Of a DNA stretch of 43,334 nucleotides, positions 20,321 to 29,992 are shown one piece after another. The position numbers and the translations under genes are program-made. The stretch's first letter is position 1; the number at the start of each line of letters is the position of its first letter. Under the pieces are notes generated by a model that searched no databases, was not told the DNA's origin, and worked only from the letters and a program-made list of their open reading frames with translations. The stretch is from Clostridia bacterium (lineage in GTDB: Bacteria > Bacillota > Clostridia > Christensenellales > CAG-314), in contig JAVVUQ010000002.1 in assembly GCA_036653075.1 (NCBI GenBank), positions 1-43,334 on the forward strand, read 5' to 3'.

Positions 20321-20977
20321 TTAGTTGTTTTTAAATACGATTTCGATTAGCTGTTTAGTATTATCTACAATATAATCAGCGTTAGCCGATAACAATTTAT
20401 TTTTGTCTTGATAGCCCCACGTTACTGAAATACATTTAACACCAAAATTATGAGCTGTTAAAATATCCACATCTGAATCGCCGACATAAATAATATTTTC
20501 TTTGCTTAGGTTTAATAACCTCATGGCTTTATTACAGCCGTCGGAAAAAGGTTTGATGCGTACATCGCTTCCTTCACCAATTGCTAAGTCGATAATATTT
20601 CCAAATAAATTTTTTGATAGTTGTTTAACTGCATAATCAAATTTATTAGATATGATAACGTTTTTTAAGCCTTTGTCGTGAAATAATTCTAAAGTTTCCA
20701 TAATTTTATCATAAACAATAGTATTATCCTCATTATGCAATTTATAATATTCGATAAATTTTAATTTTACGTTATTAATAATATTAGTATCAATTGATTG
20801 AATATCTACAACTCTTTCTATCAATTTATCCACGCCATTGCCAATACTTTGTCTAACTTTTTCAATAGTAACTGTTTGTAAATTATTTTCTTTTAACGCA
20901 TAATTGACGCTAATTGTTAAATCCAACAATGTATTAAGTAAAGTTCCATCTAAATCAAAAAATACAGCTTTAATCAT
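20321..20977 (-). CDS. HAD-superfamily hydrolase (phosphoglycolate phosphatase-like)
   Basis: Motif I FFDLDGTLLNT, motif III K, and motif IV GDSDVD. Confidence 0.7.
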   Translation of the reverse strand: MIKAVFFDLDGTLLNTLLDLTISVNYALKENNLQTVTIEKVRQSIGNGVDKLIERVVDIQSIDTNIINNVKLKFIEYYKLHNEDNTIVYDKIMETLELFHDKGLKNVIISNKFDYAVKQLSKNLFGNIIDLAIGEGSDVRIKPFSDGCNKAMRLLNLSKENIIYVGDSDVDILTAHNFGVKCISVTWGYQDKNKLLSANADYIVDNTKQLIEIVFKNN

Positions 20978-21047
20978 AAAATTATCCTTTTTCTATTGTT
21001 AAGTAAAAATAAATTTTAATTATGATATAGTTTAACATTAAGAGTTT

Positions 21048-21530
21048 TTAAACAACTAAATCACTATTTTCCTTATTTTTTACTTCATTCTTTTCTTTAT
21101 AGGTTTTTATAGCAGCAACAGCCATATCATCGCAGCGGTTATTAAGTTTGTCATCGCTATGACCTTTAACACGAACAAATTTAACGCTATTTTTATTTGT
21201 TTCATATATTAAGGCTTTCCATAAATCTTGATTTTTAACATCCGAATTATCTGCGGTTTTCCAATCTTTTTTAATCCAAGATTCAATCCAATGTTTATTA
21301 AAAGCATCAGAAACGTAAGCAGAGTCTGTATAGATAGTAACTTCACAAGGTTCTTTTAAAGCTCTCAATCCTTGTATAACGGCAAACATTTCCATTCTGT
21401 TGTTGGTGGTTTCAGGTAAATAACCCGAAAGTTCTTTTTCTCGACCATTAAATATTAATATTGCTGCCCATCCCCCAACGCCGGGATTACCCGAACAAGC
21501 GCCGTCAGTGTATAAAATTATATTTTTCAT
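21048..21530 (-). CDS. rnhA: Ribonuclease HI
   Basis: YTDGACSGNPGVGGWA, NNRMEMFA, TDSAYV and HSDDKLNNRCDDMA motifs match the DEDD RNase H fold. GAGGAAG RBS. Confidence 0.9.
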   Translation of the reverse strand: MKNIILYTDGACSGNPGVGGWAAILIFNGREKELSGYLPETTNNRMEMFAVIQGLRALKEPCEVTIYTDSAYVSDAFNKHWIESWIKKDWKTADNSDVKNQDLWKALIYETNKNSVKFVRVKGHSDDKLNNRCDDMAVAAIKTYKEKNEVKNKENSDLVV

Positions 21531-21635
21531 TTTACTTCCTCGTATTAATATTTATTTCAAATATGTGCATAATATTGCGATAATATTATTAAAATATTAT
21601 TATTAAATTTACATAATTTTATATCAATTATATAT

Positions 21636-21672
21636 TAAAAAACAGCTTTTTTCTTTATTGAAAAAAGCTGTT
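21636..21672 (-). terminator. Terminator downstream of tRNA-Trp
   Basis: 12-bp perfect stem AACAGCTTTTTT / AAAAAAGCTGTT with an 8-nt loop, followed on the minus strand by TTTTAATATA. Confidence 0.6.
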
Positions 21673-21673
21673 T

Positions 21674-21748
21674 TTGGCAGGGGAGACGCGATTCGAACAC
21701 GCAACCTACGGTTTTGGAGACCGCTACTCTACCGTTGAGCCACTCCCC
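21674..21748 (-). tRNA. trnW: tRNA-Trp (anticodon CCA), 3' CCA encoded
   Basis: Minus-strand sequence AGGGGAGTGGCTCAACGGTAGAGTAGCGGTCTCCAAAACCGTAGGTTGCGTGTTCGAATCGCGTCTCCCCTGCCA. It folds by hand into a cloverleaf: 7-bp acceptor stem, 4-bp D stem, 5-bp anticodon stem with loop CTCCAAA, TTCGAAT T-loop, 75 nt in total. Confidence 0.92.
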
Positions 21749-21825
21749 TAAAGTATAGACATTATACTCAATTCATACATTTTTGTCAATCATATAATGC
21801 CTACAATTATTAAACTTTTTTATTA

Positions 21826-23421
21826 TTATTTTGCGTATTCTACGCTTCTTGTTTCACGAATAACATTAACTTTTATCTGTCCAGGATATTCCATTTCCGA
21901 TTCGATTCGTTTTGCTATATCTTTTGCAAGTAATACAGTTGCAGGATCGTTTACAATTTCAGGTTTAACAATAACTCTAATTTCTCTACCTGCTTGTAAT
22001 GCATAAACTTTTTGTACGCCAGTAAAGCTATTCGCAATTTCCTCTAATTTTTCCAAACGTTTAACATAATTTTCAATTGTTTCACGTCTTGCTCCCGGTC
22101 TTGCGCCAGAAACCGCATCAGCTGCGGCAACTAAAACAGCTTCGACTGTTGCAGGTTCGACATCGCCGTGATGAGCCATAATTGCATTTACAACTTCTTT
22201 GCTTTCTTTATATTTTTTAGCAATATCAGCTCCAATTTGAATATGAGTGCCTTCTACTTCTTGATCAACAGCTTTACCAATATCGTGTAAAAGTCCTGCT
22301 CTTTTAGCTAAAGCCACATCAACGCCTAACTCAGACGCCATCATTCCCGCAATATAAGAAACCTCTAACGAATGGTTTAAAACATTTTGTCCATAACTGG
22401 TACGGAATTTCAATCTTCCAAGTAATTTTATTATTTCTGGATGTAAACCAAATACTCCTGTATCAAACGATGCCGCTTCACCAGCTTCTTTGATGGTAAT
22501 ATCCATTTCTTTTCTAACTTTTTCAGCCATTTCTTCAATTCGAGCTGGATGAATACGTCCGTCAGTAATTAACTTTTCAATTGTAATTTTTGCAATTTGT
22601 CTTCTAACCGGATCAAATCCTGATAAAATAACAACTTCTGGAGTATCATCAATAATTAAATCAACACCCGTTGCATTTTCTAACGCTCGAATGTTTCTAC
22701 CTTCACGCCCTATCAATCTGCCCTTCATATCATCGTTAGGAAGCGAGATTGCCGTAATAGTAGCTTCAGATACTTGATCGGCTGCGCAACGTTGAATTGC
22801 GCTACTAATAATTTCTCTTGCTTTTTTCTCACCATTTTCTTTAGCTTCAGTTTCAATATCACGAACAATCAATGAAGCATCTTTTCGAGCATCTGCTACT
22901 ATCGTTTCAATTAAATTTTGTTTTGCTTCTTCTTTAGTCATTTGCGCAATATGTTCAAGTTCGCTGTTCAATTTATCGTTAGATTTATCTAATTCCGCTT
23001 GACGTTTTGCGATTTCCGCTTGTTGACCAACTAAAGTCTTTTGTTGTTGTTCTTGTTGTTCCTGACGTTTTCCAAGCTGTTCTTCTTTTTTATCCAACGT
23101 TGTATCACGTTGAATCAATCTATCCTCTTGTTTTGTCAGTTCTTTAGACCGTTCTTTAGATTCTTTTTCAAATTCAGTCTTAAGTTTAAGAATTTCTTCT
23201 TTGGCCTCAAGAATCGCCTCTTTTTTTAGTGTCTTTGCCTCGAGATTAGCGTCATCAATAATAGATATGGCTTGATTTTTCGCACTGTTGACTTTTTTGT
23301 TCATCACATATTTATCAACAATATAGAAAATTCCCGCACCTACACCGATGCCCACTAACGCCAGAACTATATATAACCACCATAGTTCATTAGCAGTAGC
23401 ACTGAGCATCATGTTAAACAT
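21826..23421 (-). CDS. rny: Ribonuclease Y
   Basis: N-terminal TM helix, long coiled-coil, KH domain ([15 protein letters not shown]) and HD domain (LLHDIGKA). TAGGAGG RBS. Confidence 0.93.
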   Translation of the reverse strand: MFNMMLSATANELWWLYIVLALVGIGVGAGIFYIVDKYVMNKKVNSAKNQAISIIDDANLEAKTLKKEAILEAKEEILKLKTEFEKESKERSKELTKQEDRLIQRDTTLDKKEEQLGKRQEQQEQQQKTLVGQQAEIAKRQAELDKSNDKLNSELEHIAQMTKEEAKQNLIETIVADARKDASLIVRDIETEAKENGEKKAREIISSAIQRCAADQVSEATITAISLPNDDMKGRLIGREGRNIRALENATGVDLIIDDTPEVVILSGFDPVRRQIAKITIEKLITDGRIHPARIEEMAEKVRKEMDITIKEAGEAASFDTGVFGLHPEIIKLLGRLKFRTSYGQNVLNHSLEVSYIAGMMASELGVDVALAKRAGLLHDIGKAVDQEVEGTHIQIGADIAKKYKESKEVVNAIMAHHGDVEPATVEAVLVAAADAVSGARPGARRETIENYVKRLEKLEEIANSFTGVQKVYALQAGREIRVIVKPEIVNDPATVLLAKDIAKRIESEMEYPGQIKVNVIRETRSVEYAK

Positions 23422-23572
23422 AATTTCCTCCTAAATATTTAACATCGGGACGCTGCCGACATTAATCAATAACAACACATTACAAATACTCTATGTTGAA
23501 TTCAAATTGTCGGGATTGCCCGACATTGAGATTTTTTGACACCGAGGGCTAATATTTGCCCACAATACCTAT

Positions 23573-23601
23573 ATAGTACATTATTTTACGCCCTTTGTCA
23601 A
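23573..23601 (-). promoter_or_regulatory. Candidate sigma-A promoter for rny (TTGACA-17 nt-TACTAT on the minus strand)
   Basis: Minus strand reads cgaTTGACAaagggcgtaaaataatgTACTATatagg. The -35 is a consensus match and the spacer is 17 nt. This predicts a 5' UTR of roughly 145 nt. Confidence 0.4.
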
Positions 23602-23795
23602 TCGTTTAACGGATACACAAATTAATAATTATACAATCAAATTTTATAAATACTTATACATCATTGTATATGACTAATACTAACCAATATAATTTTTTAT
23701 ATAATTAATATTGAAAAATATCTTAATAAAATATTATTTAACTTAATTTACTATACAATCACTAAATTTTAATCGACATTGACTAAAAATATAAT

Positions 23796-26702
23796 TTAAA
23801 GAGTATTTTTAAATGATCCATCCATAAAATAAGCAATTTTCCCCCAACCTGCATATGTTATTGTTTTTATATCATTCTCGTTTTCTCCAATTTTAAAAAA
23901 TACATTAGAGTTATTTTCAAATTTTATATCTTTCTCATTTATATACCAAAATCTACTATTGGAAATTTTATACATATCTTTAAATGCAGATTTATCATTG
24001 CTTATTTTTGCTATTTGTATTAAATTGTTCATATCTCGCAGATAAATATTATTTTTTAAAACATTTCGACAATTATTTTCGTCTCGTGGGCAACCTTCAT
24101 ACCCATGCGTGCAATTTCCACGATATAATTCAAAATGTTTATAGCATCTCCAACCATATGACGTTGTAGTAAATACTACTCTATAACTTTCAACATAAAA
24201 CAACACACATTCATAAAAATCGGTTTTGCTCTCATTGTATTCTTGTAACGTTTTTTCGCAGCTATCGCCGTATCTTTTTATTTCCGTACCGTTGTCATAT
24301 TCAGCAACATAAAAAGTACTATGCTCTTTTGTATTATTTATAGTAAATTCACACCCACCTGTAATAAATTCATTTTCTATAACAGCAACGTTATCTACAA
24401 ATAATACAAAACAATGTTTATTGCTAATAGTAAAACCAACACTTTCAAAATACGCTACTATTTCAATGTCTTTATTTGGCATTATAAATTCAATAAGATT
24501 TACAGTGTTATCTTTAATAATGATATCATTTGAACTCCACTTAATAAATTTATATCCCTCGTTTGCAACTGCTGTAAACTTACATTTTTCACCGTATCTA
24601 TACTTAAACCCTTGCGCCATTGCTTCAATACTTCCAAAATTTCCATTTTTAATCTCACCGCAGGTTTGTGGAACAATAACAGAATAACTATTTAACGCAA
24701 AAATAGCATTAATTGTATAATCGATTTTCCCCATAAAAAATTTATATACGTTTTTATGCGATGAATTAGTATTGCTTAATTCATTACCATTTACATCTGT
24801 CCATTTAACAAAACTATATCCAGTTGAAATATGCGCAGTTAAAATGCCTTCGCTTTTATATTCGAATTCGCTATTTCCGCTTACGCTACATTCATCTTTA
24901 TTTACAAAACCCCCATTGTTACAAACTTTGTTAATATTTAATATATATCTTTTATATTTATAAACTATTGTTATCGTAATTTCGTCAGTTACAGTATATA
25001 CATTATTTATTATATTTAGTTTTTCATTACAATTATAATATCCTACAATCTCATATCCATCATTTACTGTATACGATAATGATACATTTTCATTTTTATA
25101 TATGTCTGTAATAGATGTTTGGCTAAATATATCGCCATATTTTATATTTATTTCGCCACATTCATTATCTGTTATTCTATTATTCGCATTGTTACCTTTT
25201 ATAACAGCTTTACAAATATTAACTGTATATTTAGGTATTTCTTTAAAAACAGCAGTTATTTCATTTGAGGTCAATTCAACAATATGTTCATAATTTTGAT
25301 TATGTCCACTTTCTCCGACTGCTTGTTTTCCATTTACAATCCAATATAAAAACTCATAATGCTTGTTCGCTGTCGCTATCAATGTTATTTTACTTGTTAC
25401 CTCTGCGCAATTATCAATTTGTACTCCATTACATACTACTATGCCACAAATAGTAGTTAATCCTACTTGTTCAATTAAAGCAGCTTCATTACTTTTTAAT
25501 GCAATTTTCAAGTTTAGTTTTGATGTCTTTAGTTTAAACAATGGAACCAATTTAATATTACGGTTAGGCATAATATAAAAAAGTTTATCATTGTCAATTA
25601 TGGTAGAAATCTCTAAATATTCGTTATTTATTCCAATTTCCATCCATTTATCTAACGTATAATTATTATCTAAAGCAATAGCATTTAATTCTAATTGGGT
25701 ATTTTCTAAATATGTACCATTTATAGTTGTAGTAGTAAAAAGTCCTTTTTCTATAATAAAATCATTGCCTTTTATTTCTTCGTTAATTTTTGTTTCAATG
25801 GGTTTATTTGTTTCATCTACAACTTTAAGTAACGTTTCGTCCACGCCTTCAACATATTTGACATTTTGCGCTACATCTAACACTTTTTTATAAAACGAGT
25901 TGTCTAAAGTTATATTTTTGTAAAGATAAGGAAATATTATACTTTCAGAATTTGAAAAAATCTTAAGACTTTCTAAAAATATATCCTCATCTTTTGATTG
26001 TTCTTCAATTATAATCTTTAATTTTATTTCACTTACAAGATTTTCTGTTAATATGATAATTGGATTTTTTATAAACTTACTTTCAGAATTATAGCCAATA
26101 GTCATTTTTTTGCCGTCAAAATTCACAATTCTATTTTTTAATACATTGAGTATATTATCAATGCTTTCAAAGCCGCTATCAACTTTTATTTCATTCGCTT
26201 TTCTAAAAGAGTTAACAGATTCCACAAATTTGCTTCCTTTTGTATTTAATAATAAAAATCCTTTAAATACTTCCTCAGGTACTATCATTTTGTCGTTTAA
26301 TTTCAAATTTTCATCGGCATACGCCATATTAATCAAATCACTATTATAATTTGTTTGTAAATAGCCATTTGCATCAATATTATATAACGCAAACCTTTTT
26401 TCTGATATACTATACCAGATATAGTAATCTTTTGCGCTTGTTGCAATATCATAAATATTAAATTTTGTTTTTAAAATATATCTTAATTCTGGAATACTTG
26501 ATGGTAAATCATTGCCATCCGCTAAATATAAATATAGGCATTCGTTAATTTTTGAAACGAATGCCTCATCTTTAGTTAATTTAGCTTTCAATATAGCTTT
26601 ACTAATACTTGGGATTAAAATAGCTACAAGTATACCTATGATGACTATAACAACCATCAATTCTACCAACGTAAACGCTTGTTTACTGTATTTATTTTTC
26701 AT
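23796..26702 (-). CDS. Large modular type IV pilin-like protein: prepilin-type N-terminal cleavage/methylation signal, five InlB-B-repeat-like modules, Cys-rich C-terminal domain
   Basis: The N-terminus is MKNKYSKQA|FTLVELMVVIVIIGILVAILIP: a basic leader, F at +1, E at +5 and a hydrophobic helix. Five modules span roughly aa 320-753, with motifs YTLDKW, YEFLYW, YEIVGYY, YSFVKW and YKFIKW. Each module ends in a hydrophobic strand (LVPLF, ITAVF, ITIVY, INAIF, IVAYF). The C-terminal ~215 aa contain 8 Cys. AAAGAGG RBS. Confidence 0.7.
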   Translation of the reverse strand: MKNKYSKQAFTLVELMVVIVIIGILVAILIPSISKAILKAKLTKDEAFVSKINECLYLYLADGNDLPSSIPELRYILKTKFNIYDIATSAKDYYIWYSISEKRFALYNIDANGYLQTNYNSDLINMAYADENLKLNDKMIVPEEVFKGFLLLNTKGSKFVESVNSFRKANEIKVDSGFESIDNILNVLKNRIVNFDGKKMTIGYNSESKFIKNPIIILTENLVSEIKLKIIIEEQSKDEDIFLESLKIFSNSESIIFPYLYKNITLDNSFYKKVLDVAQNVKYVEGVDETLLKVVDETNKPIETKINEEIKGNDFIIEKGLFTTTTINGTYLENTQLELNAIALDNNYTLDKWMEIGINNEYLEISTIIDNDKLFYIMPNRNIKLVPLFKLKTSKLNLKIALKSNEAALIEQVGLTTICGIVVCNGVQIDNCAEVTSKITLIATANKHYEFLYWIVNGKQAVGESGHNQNYEHIVELTSNEITAVFKEIPKYTVNICKAVIKGNNANNRITDNECGEINIKYGDIFSQTSITDIYKNENVSLSYTVNDGYEIVGYYNCNEKLNIINNVYTVTDEITITIVYKYKRYILNINKVCNNGGFVNKDECSVSGNSEFEYKSEGILTAHISTGYSFVKWTDVNGNELSNTNSSHKNVYKFFMGKIDYTINAIFALNSYSVIVPQTCGEIKNGNFGSIEAMAQGFKYRYGEKCKFTAVANEGYKFIKWSSNDIIIKDNTVNLIEFIMPNKDIEIVAYFESVGFTISNKHCFVLFVDNVAVIENEFITGGCEFTINNTKEHSTFYVAEYDNGTEIKRYGDSCEKTLQEYNESKTDFYECVLFYVESYRVVFTTTSYGWRCYKHFELYRGNCTHGYEGCPRDENNCRNVLKNNIYLRDMNNLIQIAKISNDKSAFKDMYKISNSRFWYINEKDIKFENNSNVFFKIGENENDIKTITYAGWGKIAYFMDGSFKNTL

Positions 26703-26850
26703 TATCGACCTCTTTTTAATATATCTTTTGTTTTGTATAAATGCTCTATAATTATAGTTATTGTATATTTAGTCATTTTAAATCAAAAAAAGTTTATTTT
26801 ATAGAAAAGTTAATTAAAAATCGATAATTTTTTTTATTTTTAAACAATAA

Positions 26851-26881
26851 TTAAAAAATGTTATTATTGAATAATAACATT
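26851..26881 (-). terminator. Candidate recA terminator (AT-only hairpin)
   Basis: AATGTTATTATT-G-AATAATAACATT near-perfect palindrome, followed on the minus strand by a T6 run. The stem is all A/T, so it is weak. Confidence 0.5.
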
Positions 26882-26917
26882 AATTTAACAGCTAATTATA
26901 AATATTAGATTAAAAGA

Positions 26918-27982
26918 TTATACTTTTTTGGTTTTAGCTTTAGTTTCAACGATTATATTTTCATCAATAGATGCAGATTTTGTATCAATATCCGATTTGT
27001 TAAAATATTTATCTCGAATTTTCTTTTCAATTTCGTTCATGGCTTCAATATGAGTTTCAAGATATTTTTTAGCGTTTTCCTTACCTTGTCCTATTTTTTC
27101 TCCGTTATAAGCAAACCAAGAACCGCTTTTATCAATTAATTCGCATTCTACGGCTAAATCTAAAATGCAACCGGACTGTGAGATGCCCATTCCGTACATA
27201 ATATCAAATTCTGCTTGTTTGAAAGGAGGAGCTAATTTATTTTTTACAACTTTGATTCTTGTTCTATTTCCAGTAATATCTGTGCCATCTTTAATTTGGT
27301 CAATTTTTCTAACGTCTAATCTTATACTTGAATAAAATTTCAAAGCTTTTCCGCCTGTTGTAATTTCAGGTGAACCAAACATTACACCAACTTTTTCTCT
27401 TAATTGATTAATAAAAATAACGCAAGTATTAGATTTGCTAATAATACCAGCCAATTTGCGTAATGCTTGCGACATTAATCTTGCTTGTAAACCAACGTGA
27501 TTATCGCCCATTTCGCCTTCGATTTCTGCTTTTGGAGTAAGCGCAGCAACGCTATCAATTACAATTAAATCTACTGAGGAGCTACGAACAAGTTGTTCCG
27601 TAATATCCAAAGCTTGCTCGCCATTATCGGGTTGAGAAATATATAAATCATTTAAATTTACGCCTAAATTGTTTGCATAAACTGGGTCCAATGCGTGTTC
27701 TGCATCAATAAAAGCCGCAATTCCGCCTGCTTTTTGCAATTGCGCTATTACGTGAAGCGCTACTGTAGTTTTACCCGAGCTTTCAGGTCCATATATTTCG
27801 ATGATTCTGCCTTTAGGCATACCGCCAATTCCTACCGCAATGTCTAATGATAGGCATCCAGTTGGTATAACGTCAATATATTTTATTATGGTATCGCCCA
27901 TCTTCATTATTGAACCTTTTCCAAATTGCTTTTCTATCTGCAAAATGGCAGCGTCTAAAGCTTTTTTCTTACTATCATCCAT
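26918..27982 (-). CDS. recA: Recombinase RecA
   Basis: [24 protein letters not shown], Walker [10 protein letters not shown] and an [18 protein letters not shown] loop. The start is moved to Met15 of the listed ORF (MDDSKKK), which has AAGGAGA 7 nt upstream. The listed 28024 start adds a non-conserved extension. Confidence 0.95.
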   Translation of the reverse strand: MDDSKKKALDAAILQIEKQFGKGSIMKMGDTIIKYIDVIPTGCLSLDIAVGIGGMPKGRIIEIYGPESSGKTTVALHVIAQLQKAGGIAAFIDAEHALDPVYANNLGVNLNDLYISQPDNGEQALDITEQLVRSSSVDLIVIDSVAALTPKAEIEGEMGDNHVGLQARLMSQALRKLAGIISKSNTCVIFINQLREKVGVMFGSPEITTGGKALKFYSSIRLDVRKIDQIKDGTDITGNRTRIKVVKNKLAPPFKQAEFDIMYGMGISQSGCILDLAVECELIDKSGSWFAYNGEKIGQGKENAKKYLETHIEAMNEIEKKIRDKYFNKSDIDTKSASIDENIIVETKAKTKKV

Positions 27983-28076
27983 AAATATTTCTCCTTGTTT
28001 TAATCCGTAATTTTTAATAATCAATATATTTATTTTATAAATATTATCACGTACAACATTTTTATAAGAAATTTAA

Positions 28077-29273
28077 TTATCCCAATAATTTAATTAGTTT
28101 AAACAATGCGTCATTTGTCGCTTGTTCTCGTATTTCATTTCTGTTGCCATAATATAATCTTTCATACACGTGTATTCCATCGCTACTGCCAATTGCTAAA
28201 AAACATAATCCCACTGGTTTTTCAGCGCTTCCGCCTCCTGGCCCAGCGATACCCGTAGAAGTTATAGCATAATCACTGCCCATTGTCAACACGCCTAACG
28301 CCATTTCATAAGCGGTTTCGTTGCTTACCGCTCCATATTTTGCCAATGTAGCGCTTGAAACTTTTAATCTCTTACATTTAGATTCATTTGAATATGTGAT
28401 AGCTCCTTCCTTAAACACTTCACTTGCTCCTGAAACCTCAACTATTTTGCTGCTAATTAAACCGCCAGTAAAAGATTCTGCTGTTCCGACTGTTTTGTGT
28501 CTTACTGTCAATAATCTAACAGCTTTTTCTGATAATGTTATATCTTCATCCGCATAAATAGCTTCTTTAAACAATCCGCAAAATTCGCTAATCAATTCAT
28601 CAATAAATTCTTTATCGGCGCTCTTTCCAAATATAAATGTTACCATACTATCGGTAGTATAATCGCTTTCTATAAGCACGCTATACATTTTAGACTTTTT
28701 TAGTTGCGCAAGCTTTACATTTATTTCAACGTTATCCGCTCCGTATAATTTAAATTTCAATACCTTTGATTCATAAGAACGTTTCTTTTTAAAATAATTT
28801 AAAATGTAATCGTTAAAGATATTTATCGCTTCCTGCTCCAATTCTGGCAATAAAACTATGGTTTTTCTACCAATATCACAACTTGCTCCGCACTCTAATC
28901 CAAAATTACAAGAAAAACAATCAAATCCATCGGGATACAACGCATATTGTTCCGTTGTTTTGTCATATAAATTTTTTAATGAATTTTGTTTAATTTGCCA
29001 TTCCACAGCTTCTTTAGCTTTTTTATTTTCAACTAATGGACGATCTAATAAAGTGGATAAAGTCTTTTTAACTAATCCTTTAGCTCCAATACCAATTCCA
29101 CCTATAATAAAATTAATATCTGATTTTTGCGCCATTTCAAAAGTTTCTTTAAAGCAATCCGCATTATATCGAATAATTGATATCTTATCCAATAGGATTC
29201 CCTGTTCAGACATTCTTTTATTAATATGTTTTACCGTATCATTTGGCGAAAAAGCTATAATACTGTAATTCAT
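28077..29273 (-). CDS. cinA: CinA-family competence/damage-inducible protein (C-terminal PncC-like NMN amidohydrolase domain; divergent N-terminal domain)
   Basis: C-terminal AESFTGGLISSKI...SNESK...GIAGPGGG are CinA/PncC motifs. It sits in the conserved pgsA-cinA-recA position. AAAGGGG RBS. Confidence 0.8.
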   Translation of the reverse strand: MNYSIIAFSPNDTVKHINKRMSEQGILLDKISIIRYNADCFKETFEMAQKSDINFIIGGIGIGAKGLVKKTLSTLLDRPLVENKKAKEAVEWQIKQNSLKNLYDKTTEQYALYPDGFDCFSCNFGLECGASCDIGRKTIVLLPELEQEAINIFNDYILNYFKKKRSYESKVLKFKLYGADNVEINVKLAQLKKSKMYSVLIESDYTTDSMVTFIFGKSADKEFIDELISEFCGLFKEAIYADEDITLSEKAVRLLTVRHKTVGTAESFTGGLISSKIVEVSGASEVFKEGAITYSNESKCKRLKVSSATLAKYGAVSNETAYEMALGVLTMGSDYAITSTGIAGPGGGSAEKPVGLCFLAIGSSDGIHVYERLYYGNRNEIREQATNDALFKLIKLLG

Positions 29274-29339
29274 TGTTTATACCCCTTTACTTAAGATAAT
29301 AATATCGAACAATTTAAAAGCGATTAATTTTGATATAAT

Positions 29340-29903
29340 TCAATCATTAAACACCTTTTTATTCTGTACCATATATACTAAACAAGAAATAATCGTTAAT
29401 AATACGGCAATTGCAAACATTCCGTAGGAAATATAACTAAAAATGTTCCAAAATGTTCCTTTTAATCCTTGCATACCAAGTAACATCAACATTGGTAATG
29501 AAATATCTTGAAAAATTGTCTTGATTTTACCATACTTGTTTGCTTGTATAATTGTTCCTTTACTTGCAGCAATTTGTCTAATCATACTTATAAGCAATTC
29601 TCTGCCAATAATTAATGCGCCACAAAAGCAGCCTATCCCTATTGGTAAAATATTTTGTTCAACAATGATAAATAAAGCAAATGTTATTAATAATTTATCT
29701 GCGATTGGATCAAGTAATTTTCCTAAATTCGTAACCATATTATATTTACGCGCAATATAACCATCTAAAAAATCGGTAAAGGCAGCTATCGCAAAAATTG
29801 CTATTGCCCAAATTTCAACGTAAGGCAATGGCAATACATACACTATTGCCATAATTGGCACTAAAACAATTCTAAGGACTGATAATTTATTAGGTAAATT
29901 CAT
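29340..29903 (-). CDS. pgsA: CDP-diacylglycerol--glycerol-3-phosphate 3-phosphatidyltransferase
   Basis: CDP-alcohol phosphatidyltransferase motif DFLDGYIARKYNMVTNLGKLLDPIADK. The start is moved to Met13 (MNLPNKLSVLR), preceded by GGAGG. The listed 29939 start has no RBS. Confidence 0.88.
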   Translation of the reverse strand: MNLPNKLSVLRIVLVPIMAIVYVLPLPYVEIWAIAIFAIAAFTDFLDGYIARKYNMVTNLGKLLDPIADKLLITFALFIIVEQNILPIGIGCFCGALIIGRELLISMIRQIAASKGTIIQANKYGKIKTIFQDISLPMLMLLGMQGLKGTFWNIFSYISYGMFAIAVLLTIISCLVYMVQNKKVFND

Positions 29904-29992
29904 TAATTTAGCCTCCATATTTATAATTAAATTTAACAATTAAATATAATTGATTTATACAAAAGTTATTGAAAATTATTCATATTTTATAT

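Noticed and set aside
21674-21748. tRNA-Trp as an integration hotspot explaining the nearby accessory pilin-like gene
   Set aside because: There is no integrase next to the tRNA, I saw no partial tRNA 3'-end duplicate, and rny lies between the tRNA and the pilin-like gene.
23984-26751. Cluster of eight short + strand ORFs (60-88 aa) across the pilin-like gene
   Set aside because: They are fragmentary, lack RBSs and lie antisense to one continuous 968-codon frame with a good RBS. The long minus-strand frame is the real gene.
27983-28024. N-terminal extensions in the listed ORFs of recA (28024), pgsA (29939), the deacetylase (36892) and thyA (42022)
   Set aside because: Internal ATGs with proper GGAGG/AAGGAG spacing restore the conserved family N-termini. 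The extensions have no RBS, and for thyA the extension would require a 32-nt overlap with the upstream gene.
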